From: a virus
Direction: 5' to 3' (one strand)
IMG/VR virus record: IMGVR_UViG_3300003654_000069
Location: 1-64,000 of that record
Length of the DNA stretch: 64,000 bases
How positions within the stretch are numbered: the stretch's first letter is position 1; each line of letters starts with the position of its first letter. This document shows, one piece after another, positions 1 to 10,200 of this stretch. The position numbers and the translations under genes were made by a program. A model generated the notes under the pieces. It worked only from the letters and a program-made list of their open reading frames with translations, was not told where the DNA came from and searched no databases.

Positions 1-480
1 TTTGGAAAAAAATGTAGTCCTGATAATCTGTCTACAGATGATTTTAATGGATGGGATGAGATAGAAGACCATATTAGGAATACCCTGAAAGCTCCGGTCT
101 GTTTACCTCTATATCTTATGGATCATTCAGGAGTCAGTATAAATACTACTCCATTTGGTTGCAGATGGGATAGTGGACAAGTTGGTTTTATCTATGTAAA
201 AGCTAGTAAGATTAGAAGTGAGTACAATGTAAAGAAAGTAACCAAAAAGATCATTGAAAAAGCTACTCATTGTCTTGAATCAGAAGTAGAAACCTATGAT
301 CAATATCTTACAGGTGATGTATATGGGTTTAAACTAATGAAACTAACTCGTACAGATCTGGATGGAAAAGAAGAAAGAGAAGAGGAAGACTCATGTTATG
401 GCTTTTATGGAAGGGATATAAAGAAAAATGGTATATTAGATCATCTTGGACCTGAGGATATTCCAATTGAAAAACTATAA
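1..480 (+). CDS. hypothetical protein, 5'-truncated by the window edge; last part of the opposite-strand (non-virion) module
   Basis: Frame 1 is open from nt 1, with no stop before the ATG at 118, and ends at TAA 478-480. The product has conserved-looking motifs (LYLMDHSG, RWDSGQVGFIYV, DSCYGFYG). I cannot name the family. Confidence 0.6.
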   Translation, partial: FGKKCSPDNLSTDDFNGWDEIEDHIRNTLKAPVCLPLYLMDHSGVSINTTPFGCRWDSGQVGFIYVKASKIRSEYNVKKVTKKIIEKATHCLESEVETYDQYLTGDVYGFKLMKLTRTDLDGKEEREEEDSCYGFYGRDIKKNGILDHLGPEDIPIEKL

Positions 481-484
481 AGTA

Positions 485-706
485 ATGAAAAAGAAAAAAT
501 CAAAAATAAAATGGAGTCCTTACTTAGCTGTAGCTTATGCTGAGGGATTTGGTGAAGGAATCGGAGCTACTGAAAAAGAACAAACTCAAGCTTGGGCTTA
601 TCTGATTAAAACAGGTGATTGTTGGCATTTACAAGGATGGTTTGGCCGTATGGCTCAACTTCTAATTGAAAATGAAGTAATATCTAAAACCGGGAAAATA
701 CTATGA
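485..706 (+). CDS. small hypothetical protein (73 aa from the ATG at 485; the ORF track starts at 446)
   Basis: The in-frame ATG at 485 lies just after the upstream stop, so it avoids overlap with the previous gene. The product begins MKKKKSKIKW and contains a W/G-rich motif (AWAYLIKTGDCWHLQGWFGR). The stop overlaps the next start as ATGA at 703-706. Confidence 0.5.
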   Translation: MKKKKSKIKWSPYLAVAYAEGFGEGIGATEKEQTQAWAYLIKTGDCWHLQGWFGRMAQLLIENEVISKTGKIL

Positions 707-972
707 AACTACAAATAAACACAGTTGACAAAAGTATACTTCTTGAAGAAGGTGTAAATTTAAAGGATCTAGTAACTACTCTAAGTAGTCTATTTCCTGA
801 TTTTGGATGGTATGAGTATAAAATAGATGTGAGAGTAATAAACTACTACTCACCTAGTCAACCTAATACACCATACAGTCCTGGAAAATGGGGAACTGAA
901 AATCCACTACAAGATCTGATTACTTACTGTTCGACGGACGGTAATGGATCATATAAAATAATAACTAAGTAA
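703..972 (+). CDS. small hypothetical protein (89 aa)
   Basis: ORF coupled to the previous gene through an ATGA overlap. It is followed directly by a rho-independent terminator. Confidence 0.5.
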   Translation: MKLQINTVDKSILLEEGVNLKDLVTTLSSLFPDFGWYEYKIDVRVINYYSPSQPNTPYSPGKWGTENPLQDLITYCSTDGNGSYKIITK

Positions 973-974
973 CC

Positions 975-1018
975 GAAGGGCTATCTTGCAATCTGCAGGG
1001 TAGCCCTTCTTTTTTTTT
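975..1018 (+). terminator. rho-independent terminator at the convergence point of the plus- and minus-strand modules
   Basis: A perfect 9-bp stem, GAAGGGCTA (975-983) paired with TAGCCCTTC (1001-1009), is followed by a T9 run (1010-1018). It sits between the plus-strand stop (972) and the minus-strand stop (1017-1019). Confidence 0.8.
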
Positions 1019-4000
1019 ACTTCTTGCTACCTATCGCTTGAAAATTAACCAAATTCTTAGTAGCAAGATATGGAGACCAGAAGGTTCCCTTTATACCAAC
1101 TGTTTTTGCTGCATGGTTTATAAGCTTCCATGATTCTTCTTGCTGCCACTCATATGGACCAACATCTTTCTGGTAGTATGCCCGATCATCTCCTGTTCCC
1201 ATAAGATACACATCATTTGCCATCTGTACATAAAGATCTAATGTAGGACCAAATGCATAGGATTTCCAATTAAGCATGTTGTTATAATTATCAAGTCCAA
1301 GTCCAGGTATAGGTATCCATTGATCAGATTCAGCTCTTATTTGCATCATCAGATTAAGAGCACTGTTAGCCAACCAACCATCAAGTTTGAATGGTGCATC
1401 TGGATCCTCTACTACAAAAAGACCTGGCATATCACCTGATCTAGCTTTGATTTTTTCCCATTTGTCATCATCACCAGCATCCCAGTCAAAAAGAAACATA
1501 TAAAGCTGTGTTAAAACTATAAGCATTGCTATCTCAGCAACTGTTTTTATTACCCCTGCTTTTTCATTAGGAGTCATCATAGCAAGACTCTTACCTGCAG
1601 TCTTTACTGCTTTCATGAGTTGTTCTATGGTAACAATATACATTCCTTTATTAGCCTCACCTCTTCCAACATCGATCCTATCCCGAGGTGCCCATATTGG
1701 ACCTGAAAATGCCCATCTATTCATAAACATTGGGATAAAATATTTGTTCAAAAAGAAAGTAAGCCTTCCTAAAAGATGTCTTTCAGCCTCTGGTAGACTG
1801 AAGTTATCATATGCACCAGCCGTGCTACGTGCAACACTATGCATAAGTTCCCGCATGTTTTTAAAATCCTCCCCTTTATCCCATGAGGGATCAATTCCAT
1901 CCAATAATTTTAACTTTCCTTTACTATCCAATTCCCATGCTTGGAGATATGGTATATTTCTTATTTCATTACCTACCTTCTGTGGAACTAGTTGTCTATC
2001 CAGCATACCTGCACTCAGGGAAACTGTAGAATGGGATTCAGTCCACTTACGGAAACTGAAGAACCAACCAAAATCAAGTAACTTCTTGAGCCATGTACGA
2101 GACATTTCCTCTCCAAATACTCTTTCTGTTCTGCCTCTGAGCATATCAAAACGATGTATAAGTTGAACTCTTATACTCTGAGGTCCACCACGTTCCTGAA
2201 TAGATAAACTTAATTCAGTCATTGCCTGTGTAGCCCATACAGTCCCTGCACCATAATTTGTCATGCCAAGATACCTTCCACCAATTGCCTCGATAATATT
2301 CTGAAAAACTTGTGTAAAGGCATTCTTCAAAGCACTAATAATATCAAGAGCAAACATGGCAAAGGATGCTCTACCAAATAATGCATTTACAGTGGCATTC
2401 AATATTTTTGAGTCCTTCCCCCATCCGGCTAGGTTCTGTCCAAGGAAATGCTTTTCATAGAGTGACTCAATAGTTTTAGCTCTTATGTTCTTACTCTTTG
2501 GATCATCAACAAAAGTAACCTGTCCACGGTTATTAAGATTGTTCTTATCAATGCTATTTATCAGTTTTATTGCATTAGCGGGATCTTTTAATACAGTTCT
2601 CAGTGCCTGTGCTATAGGATTAATTTCTATAAGTTTCTTCTGTTTAGTTGCAGAATACATATATTTAGCAAGTGACATGGTAAGATCTACAGAAACCTGA
2701 TTAAATTCAAGTTCTCCTGCACCAGTAATTGGAATTTTGGAATTACCATCACTAAAAGACTCAGCTGTTACTAATTGTACAGCATCATCAAAATTGTAAT
2801 CACGGTCATAATCATCCTTTGCTGTCTGTATGAAATTTCCAACCCATCCATAGAAGGTATCAATAGGGCTACGAGCAGCATCTCCAAAACCTTTAGTCTG
2901 GACAACTTCAGCAAATACCATTGAATACCTGGGCTGATCTAGATATACCTTACCACGAACACCAATACCTTCCTGTGTTTTAAGTAAATATTTTGTAAAA
3001 ATTCCAAGAGCTTTAAATCTCGCCTTATCCATCTCTGATGTACTATTCTTCAGGGCATAGTACTTCTCATTGATATATGGACTGTTTGATGGAGCACCCT
3101 GTTCCAAGCTTAATGGTAACATTCTACCCTTGTTATCAATATGCTTTCCTACAATAAGGTTTACCTCCCCGGTTTTCGGATCATATCCATTCCGAAATTC
3201 TTTCTTTACATTAGATACACTATAACGGCTGTTGGGTACTCTGTCAATAACCTCAATTATATCTCCATTCTCATCAAGAATGTCAGTTTTGTCAAGATAA
3301 ATTGTACTATTAGGTTTCTTAACATTCCACACATAAAGTCTTTTGTATTCATTATCACTATACTCTGTAGTGTCTATCTGTATATGATTTGCCCGGAACC
3401 ATTCTCTCAGTGGAGCATTATTTGCTAATAGAGCACGACGGAGGTCACCATCAGATAAAATGTCTTCTGCATATTCATCAGTCATTTCAGTTGCCCCAGG
3501 TCCATATTTATTTATGAGTACCTGAGATTCTGTTTTTGTAAGCAAACCATTGAAGGTATTGATATAACTGTTGGTTGCATATGTTCCCCGAAGATTACGA
3601 AGTTCTCTAAAGGCATTATTAAGATCTGTCTTTTCTGTTGGAGAAAGACCTGCTGTAAGCTTTCCTTCAGGCTTTAAACTATCTGCCAGTTCTTCTAAAG
3701 CTCTTGCTCGTTGTATGTCAGCTGGTAATATCTCAGCACCAACAATATGTCCATTACCATCTCTGTGCATATTACCTATATGCAAAAGTTTCTCCCAGGC
3801 TTCTGTGGCCTCCTTGGCCTGTGGTTTATTTCTTAGGACAAGCTTTATTACATCAAGGTTTCTTTTAACTTCTGCAGCATAGGTGTCCTTTACTTTGATA
3901 ATAGTATTTCTATCAATCCAGCCTCTTCTTAGTAAATTAAACTTTTCAGAATCTCTTTCATATCCAACACCTTTATCAATAATAGCTTGTTCTACCTTCT

Positions 4001-7000
4001 TGAGATCTCCAAGGAATAGTTTTATATAAGGCTTTCTTTCATGATATCCACGACTGGCTTCTCGGAATTCTATAAGTCTCTTAGCAATAGATAAATCATA
4101 TATTCCATTAGCAGGATCATCAAACTTTGCCTTACCATCTCTATGTACTAAATAAAACAAACTATTATAATCTCTTTGGAGAGATCTGTTTATTGCATCA
4201 GATTCATCATCTCCGATTTGATCATTTGGTTTACGCTGGAATATCTGTATATTCTCAAGTGCTTTCTTTCTGGCATCAAAAGCAAGTCTTCCTATATGGT
4301 CATCAAAAAGAGTAAATTTTTCATAGAACTCAGGCACAAAATCTTGGTTCCAATAAAGACGTTCATGATCACGTATCTCTTGCTCCTTTAATCTAATCTT
4401 TTCATTGTTTGCATCGGTAAGTGGATTCCTATTCAACTCTGCAAGTTCATGAACTAGTTTAGGAAGTACTAATCTACGGTTTTTGGTTGGGTTTAAATAG
4501 GATTGAACATCTCTTTCTACCCATTCACCTTTATCATCAGTATATCCTATTTTGTCAGCAAATAATAACTGATTAGCTAAACCTTGTGTATTCATAGGAT
4601 TATATCCTAATTCTTTTAGAACATCCTGTATTTCATTTTTAAAATCTCCGAGAAGATCAAGAGCTTCGGTCTGAGCATCAGTCATGGCATCACTAAGAAA
4701 CTTGGCAAAGCCACCAATAACAAGATCACTATTCTGAAGAGGACCAAGAAGCCATTGTGCAGGAAGACTTGCATCTCCCAACTTGCCCTCTAGTATATCT
4801 TTTAGCTTTTTATCAGTAATTTGTGTCCTCTCATACTTCTTGGTTATCTCTGCAAGTGCTTCTTTGGATGCACCTTGTGTCGTAGCTTTTTTCATCGTAT
4901 CCTCATATACAATTTTCATACTAAGCTGGGTTACCTTAAGCTGCTTAAGGATAATTACATGCATTCCCGCCTTATATACTATACCAAGATTACTTTCAGC
5001 CTGTTTGAAAGTGCTAGCTATTCCACTAATAAGTTCATGTATTGGATTGGTAGTAGGAACATTATTATCATTAAGAATATTAATACTTCCCTCTATAAAT
5101 TGCTTCCAGTGTTGCACAACAGTATTATAATTAAATACTCTATAAAGATTATCAACAGCATTAAGATTATCCGTATTATCAGTAATTTGTTTAAGATGTT
5201 CATTCATTTTCTGGGCTACCAGATCAAGCCGGAGAAGACTATTAGTAAGAGCTCGGGTATGCCTCTTTGCATACTCAAGATCTACTTTAAGAGCATCTAG
5301 TTTTTTCTCCACATTTCCTTCAAAGAAACCAAGCTCCCTTTTCATTTGTGTAAGGTGACTTGGTGAATCTTGACTTATAAGAAGATCAATAACTTCTTTA
5401 TACTTTCCTCTATTTTCCTTTTGCTTCAATAAACCAACCATTGATAAAGCAGATGTATGGAAATCATTAGTAATTTGGACAATAACATTATTCTCAAGCT
5501 TTCTCAGGGCTTCTGTAAACTCCTCTTCTTTCCTTTGAAATTGTTCAACATCCGAATTTTTTATTCTGACTGTTGTCAGATTAAACTTTCCACCTGCCAT
5601 AAGCATCTCAGCCAGATCCTCAAGGGAACTGTTTACATCTAATTTCTCTACAGTAATCCTATTACCGAATATCTTTCTCAACTTCTGCTTGATGGCATAC
5701 ATAAGATTCTTAATGAACTTCATAAATGGTCCAGAATTATTGATATTATTCATTTTATTCTCAGCTGCAAGCTGAATGGACCATACAAGAGCTTCTTTCT
5801 TATATGCTGAAGTGCCTTCTTTCAGATTAGGGTACCGAGTCTCTAGAATCGTCTTGATCCGATTACTCTCATTAGATAGAAGAAACTGCGTATAGAGACT
5901 ATCAAACAGAGCTGGATCCCCCACTTCAATCGCATCAATAATAGGATGAGAGAATTCATGAAAGAGTGTTGCTGGTGATAAGAGGTCCCGTATGAAATAA
6001 GCAGTACCTCCCACATAGAATGCAGGTTCTCCTTTCCATGTTTTAGCATATGTGATAGCTTCATTTTTATCAATTATTTTATAAGGTTTACCTGTTTGGA
6101 ATGATAAGGCATCTGCCATTTTGATTAAAAATTCAAGTGCCATAGCCTGATCAGTAGATTTAAGATCCAGATTAGGTACACTTTCACCTCTATAGAATTT
6201 TGGAAAATTAGTGAAATATGGACTATAACTTTGGCTGAGTACATTAGCAACCGGTCCACCAGGAATCTTCCGGGATACATACCAGTTTCCCTTCTGTGAT
6301 TGTGTAAGAGTCCATGATTCAGGTACAACCATCTCTTTTATCTTGGCTGCAATTAGTTCCAGATCAATAGCATCAAGCTTATCGAAGATTACCCCATGCT
6401 CACTTACCTCATACATCTGATCCAGCCATTGTAGAAGCTGTCTCTGGTGAGAGGAAATGTCCATTGAATAAGATACAGCAGGATCTGAAGATGTTTTATC
6501 TCTACCCTTAATAATATCCGTTATTTTAGCTATTGTTTCTGGAGAGTTTAACAAAATAATTTGAGAAGGTTCAAATACTACTATTATATTACCCCATTCA
6601 TCTATTGGGGATTCTGAAAACTTTTTCAATTCTTCTGCAATAGTATCCTGTTTACTTAATCCTATATGAGAACCAAATATCGCATCCGAAATTTTATTTT
6701 CTCTTTTACCAATTTTAGTATTATAATAGGTTCCAAGTTCAGGATTACTAATATTCAAAATAGCAGGTGTATGAATACTTCCATATTCATCAGCACTAAA
6801 AGCTTCTCCTTCTTTTTTACGACTAAAAAATATACCATTTTCAATTTGAAATCCTCTATATAACCTTCTTTCAGATTCTTTTAATTTTCTAACAGAAGTA
6901 ATAAACTGTTCACTTCCATGCCATACTATATTCTTAACCTCACTGCCAGGTATTAACTGTTCAATAGCATATTGTATATCTTCATTACTAAATTTAGCAT

Positions 7001-7253
7001 AAGCTGGTTCTATTGATTTTAGATCATCTATATTTTTAGATTGTTCTGGAGTTATAGTAGTTTTGGTAATATCTGTTTCTGTGAGTTTTTTAGATAGGGA
7101 TTGCTGAAATACAGTAGCAACATCACTAGTACGAGTAGGTGTAGATACAATCTGTTCACCATTCTCATAGTAATTTTTATAGGCTTGGAATTCTCCTACT
7201 TCTGCTACCATGGTTTTCCAGGCAGGATCGGTTGTATTGGGGCATATACTCAT
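1017..7253 (-). CDS. giant (2078 aa) multidomain virion/ejection-type protein with an ART-like N-terminal region, an HExxH zincin motif and a C-terminal hydrophobic helix
   Basis: Uninterrupted 6.2-kb ORF. Its start overlaps the stop of the 4038-aa gene as ATGA (7250-7253). Domain motifs are listed as separate features. Confidence 0.9.
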   Translation of the reverse strand: MSICPNTTDPAWKTMVAEVGEFQAYKNYYENGEQIVSTPTRTSDVATVFQQSLSKKLTETDITKTTITPEQSKNIDDLKSIEPAYAKFSNEDIQYAIEQLIPGSEVKNIVWHGSEQFITSVRKLKESERRLYRGFQIENGIFFSRKKEGEAFSADEYGSIHTPAILNISNPELGTYYNTKIGKRENKISDAIFGSHIGLSKQDTIAEELKKFSESPIDEWGNIIVVFEPSQIILLNSPETIAKITDIIKGRDKTSSDPAVSYSMDISSHQRQLLQWLDQMYEVSEHGVIFDKLDAIDLELIAAKIKEMVVPESWTLTQSQKGNWYVSRKIPGGPVANVLSQSYSPYFTNFPKFYRGESVPNLDLKSTDQAMALEFLIKMADALSFQTGKPYKIIDKNEAITYAKTWKGEPAFYVGGTAYFIRDLLSPATLFHEFSHPIIDAIEVGDPALFDSLYTQFLLSNESNRIKTILETRYPNLKEGTSAYKKEALVWSIQLAAENKMNNINNSGPFMKFIKNLMYAIKQKLRKIFGNRITVEKLDVNSSLEDLAEMLMAGGKFNLTTVRIKNSDVEQFQRKEEEFTEALRKLENNVIVQITNDFHTSALSMVGLLKQKENRGKYKEVIDLLISQDSPSHLTQMKRELGFFEGNVEKKLDALKVDLEYAKRHTRALTNSLLRLDLVAQKMNEHLKQITDNTDNLNAVDNLYRVFNYNTVVQHWKQFIEGSINILNDNNVPTTNPIHELISGIASTFKQAESNLGIVYKAGMHVIILKQLKVTQLSMKIVYEDTMKKATTQGASKEALAEITKKYERTQITDKKLKDILEGKLGDASLPAQWLLGPLQNSDLVIGGFAKFLSDAMTDAQTEALDLLGDFKNEIQDVLKELGYNPMNTQGLANQLLFADKIGYTDDKGEWVERDVQSYLNPTKNRRLVLPKLVHELAELNRNPLTDANNEKIRLKEQEIRDHERLYWNQDFVPEFYEKFTLFDDHIGRLAFDARKKALENIQIFQRKPNDQIGDDESDAINRSLQRDYNSLFYLVHRDGKAKFDDPANGIYDLSIAKRLIEFREASRGYHERKPYIKLFLGDLKKVEQAIIDKGVGYERDSEKFNLLRRGWIDRNTIIKVKDTYAAEVKRNLDVIKLVLRNKPQAKEATEAWEKLLHIGNMHRDGNGHIVGAEILPADIQRARALEELADSLKPEGKLTAGLSPTEKTDLNNAFRELRNLRGTYATNSYINTFNGLLTKTESQVLINKYGPGATEMTDEYAEDILSDGDLRRALLANNAPLREWFRANHIQIDTTEYSDNEYKRLYVWNVKKPNSTIYLDKTDILDENGDIIEVIDRVPNSRYSVSNVKKEFRNGYDPKTGEVNLIVGKHIDNKGRMLPLSLEQGAPSNSPYINEKYYALKNSTSEMDKARFKALGIFTKYLLKTQEGIGVRGKVYLDQPRYSMVFAEVVQTKGFGDAARSPIDTFYGWVGNFIQTAKDDYDRDYNFDDAVQLVTAESFSDGNSKIPITGAGELEFNQVSVDLTMSLAKYMYSATKQKKLIEINPIAQALRTVLKDPANAIKLINSIDKNNLNNRGQVTFVDDPKSKNIRAKTIESLYEKHFLGQNLAGWGKDSKILNATVNALFGRASFAMFALDIISALKNAFTQVFQNIIEAIGGRYLGMTNYGAGTVWATQAMTELSLSIQERGGPQSIRVQLIHRFDMLRGRTERVFGEEMSRTWLKKLLDFGWFFSFRKWTESHSTVSLSAGMLDRQLVPQKVGNEIRNIPYLQAWELDSKGKLKLLDGIDPSWDKGEDFKNMRELMHSVARSTAGAYDNFSLPEAERHLLGRLTFFLNKYFIPMFMNRWAFSGPIWAPRDRIDVGRGEANKGMYIVTIEQLMKAVKTAGKSLAMMTPNEKAGVIKTVAEIAMLIVLTQLYMFLFDWDAGDDDKWEKIKARSGDMPGLFVVEDPDAPFKLDGWLANSALNLMMQIRAESDQWIPIPGLGLDNYNNMLNWKSYAFGPTLDLYVQMANDVYLMGTGDDRAYYQKDVGPYEWQQEESWKLINHAAKTVGIKGTFWSPYLATKNLVNFQAIGSKK
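1488..1553 (-). other. predicted transmembrane or membrane-inserting helix (residues 1901-1922 of the 2078-aa protein)
   Basis: A 22-residue hydrophobic run, VIKTVAEIAMLIVLTQLYMFLF, is followed by the acidic stretch DWDAGDDD. Confidence 0.45.
5946..5960 (-). other. HExxH zinc-metallopeptidase motif (HEFSH, residues 432-436 of the 2078-aa protein)
   Basis: The reverse complement of 5946-5960 is CAT GAA TTC TCT CAT. The context GGTAYFIRDLLSPATLFHEFSHPIIDAI parallels the HESWH module of the 4038-aa protein. Confidence 0.5.
6564..6932 (-). other. possible PARP/ART-like (H-[Y/F]-E type) ADP-ribosyltransferase module, residues ~108-230 of the 2078-aa protein
   Basis: The order IVWHGS ... NGIFFSRK ... 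IIVVFEPS matches the H-G-S, aromatic-F/Y-S/T and catalytic-E order of H-Y-E clade ARTs. Judged by eye only. Confidence 0.3.
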
Positions 7254-10200
7254 ATTGCGCAGGCTGCTCTTTTGATGTCTCTTACCATTTGATTGGTGAG
7301 AGGCATACTGGTTTGTAATATTCTTTCACCTTCAGTAGTACTAGTAAAGTTTTTATTTAAGTAGTTGAAATCTTTAAGTAATCTTGCCGACAAATGTGCA
7401 AAAATTCCTGGTGCAACAGCTCGTTTATCACTTAAATTATCACCAGTAATATCATCAGCACCAATAAGAGCTTGTCCCATTCCTCCTTCAGGGAATACAA
7501 TCCGCTTGGGATTAACAGGATCATTCTTCATTGCAAGAGCAGCATCCAGAACTGCATCTATTCTTTTGGCATGTGCTTCAAACTCCTTCTCAGTACCATC
7601 AGTAATCTGGGCAGTATTCTGATTTGTATAATAAGATACCCTTAATGGAATACCTATAGCATTAGTTTCACCACCTGGTCCTTTTGCTGTTTGCCATACA
7701 TGACCCGGAACACCGAAGAACTTAGTATTTACAGGTTTACCGGGAACAAGACCATCATACATAAAAATTGCATTAGGGTTCTCTATCATTATCTTCTCGG
7801 CCATCTTAACACTTTCAGATAACTTATCTGTAAATGAACTGGTATAAGTGAATACACCCGGAAAACTTTCTTTTATAAATCTTCCTTGTAAAGGTATAAG
7901 TTGAGAAGATTGTTGTGTAAAAGCTTTGATTATTACATTTTTAGTAAATTCAGCAATTCCTGGGTGACTAACTTCTCTATGTCCCGCTACATTAAGTGTT
8001 TTAATATTATTTTTTATAACAAATTCTAAAAGTTGTTCAGCAGCTTCATTAACATCTTTAGTAGTAATAACTAATACAGGACGATGTCCTTTATCACTAG
8101 ATTTCCCTGTACCATGTTGCCATTTACCTGTTTGAGCATATCCTATAGTTTTGCTTGTACCAACACTTGTTCCCCATAGAGTAGCTAATGTACCGTCTGA
8201 ATCATCTACATTTTTCATTGTTCTTTTTGGGTATGTTTTAGGATCTGATACTCCTTCAACAAGACCAAAAGACTCAAGCAAAGCTTTTTCATTCTTATCT
8301 CCACTAAGCCAATTAGGAGGGGCTGTACCACCTGTTTCAATACCTACAGCTTTAGCTCCTTCTAATCCACCTATATCTCCACCAGTTTGACCACCAGATA
8401 TAATTTTAGTGACAGCAAGTATAGTAGGTTCTACGGATGTTTGCCCCAAAGTAGCTCTATTGCTAGAGTTAATAGTATACTGTTTATACCTATCTCTATA
8501 TTGATAATTACTGGAACGGTTATTCCATGCAAACATTTCTGCAAAATTGTCTATGAAAGCAGTACCTCGTTTTCCAGAACTGATTTCATCAAGCATAGTA
8601 ATATATTTTGGCATTTCTGACTCCATAAACAAAACAGTAGTCTTCTCTGTAGGCATTATACGACCCATAGCAAACATGTTATCGGTAGCCATACCGGACT
8701 GAAGCATATTGAAGAATGGCATCTTCCGGAAGAATTCTGATATTCTCATGTTCTCCTTATCATCAGCTACTTTCATTACTCTAGGATCCATTAGATTAAG
8801 GAGACTTTCATGAAACATATTTCTCATATCAACTGTCATCCTTGGGTCATGTAAGCGAAGATTATCCATTCTTTCCAGTTGAGTTTCTCCTGGTTTAACT
8901 CCTATCTGATTGAATACAATCTGATCCAGAACAGGAAATCTGTCTGCCATATCTGTATCTCTATACTTATTCTTAAATTCTTGATACTGTTTAGCATAAC
9001 TACTGTCATTCTTAAAGACCTTCCATGTATTCCATATATTATCCAGAGCTTTATCTCGTAGAATTTCTTCATAGGAAAGTATACTTATTCTCTCATCAAA
9101 AGCAGCATGTGTTTCTCCCTCCTCTCTCTTTTGTATCTTTTCATTTCTCTCTAAATTACGTTTGAACTCATCAGTATCTTTTACATCTTTTATAGAAGTA
9201 AAGCTTCTCAGATGTTCTCTTTCTATTACGAAATGAGCATACTCATCCATTGACTCAAATACATTCTTATGAAGTGGTGCAAGACCAAGTTCTCTATATT
9301 CTGGCATAAGACCAAGACCTGGTTTTGTAATAAGATTATAGTCAGATTTGATTTTTTCTTTATCAATATACATGGTATCATTATGAACAAAGGCACCTAT
9401 CTTAAGATATCTGATTTGTGTAATAGAAGTTGTTGTATTGGTATTATACCCCTTGTACTCCTTAATATTATCTAAAGAAAATCCTCGAAGCATATCCTGA
9501 TAGATATATGATATGAAATCACTCTTCATAGTATCTATTGTCTCTTCCATATCACGATATGTTTTCTCAACAACTTCCTCAAATTTTTTATCTTCTATTT
9601 GTTTAAGTATATGGTTATTAAGTGCAGGATGATTTGAGAGTTCAAATAAAGGAGCAAGATGATGAGCGAGGAACTCAGAAATATCATAGCTACCCATTAC
9701 TGAGTCTTCCATGATATTAGTAACCATTTCTGGCCGCCATCTGCCATTCTGTTCTAGTTGTTTTGCTTTTATATGTCTGAACATAGCCATGAACATAGTA
9801 CCAGATTTTTTAGCATCAAATCTAGTAGCTAGTTTTATTTTAGTAAGACTACTACTTTGATCTTCTAGCTCAAAATAATGTAATAAGACATCAATATCAG
9901 TCTGTGATGGTTGTACAAGCTCTTCTCCTTCAACTCTTTGTCCAAATTTTTTACCCTTTTCCTTAAACACTTTAAGAGTATCGAGAAGTTCTCCTTCAGT
10001 AAATGGATTATCAGCTCTTCTGGTACGGAGATACATATATATCTCCTTCTTCATAAAGTGAATCTCTTTAGTATTTCTTATAATTTTCTGTCCGATAAGT
10101 TGTGTCTGAGCACCTTTACCTAATGCATCAAGTAAAGGTTGTGTATATCTAAGAGTCATTCCATATTTTGCATCAGATAACATAACATCCCTAGCATGGT

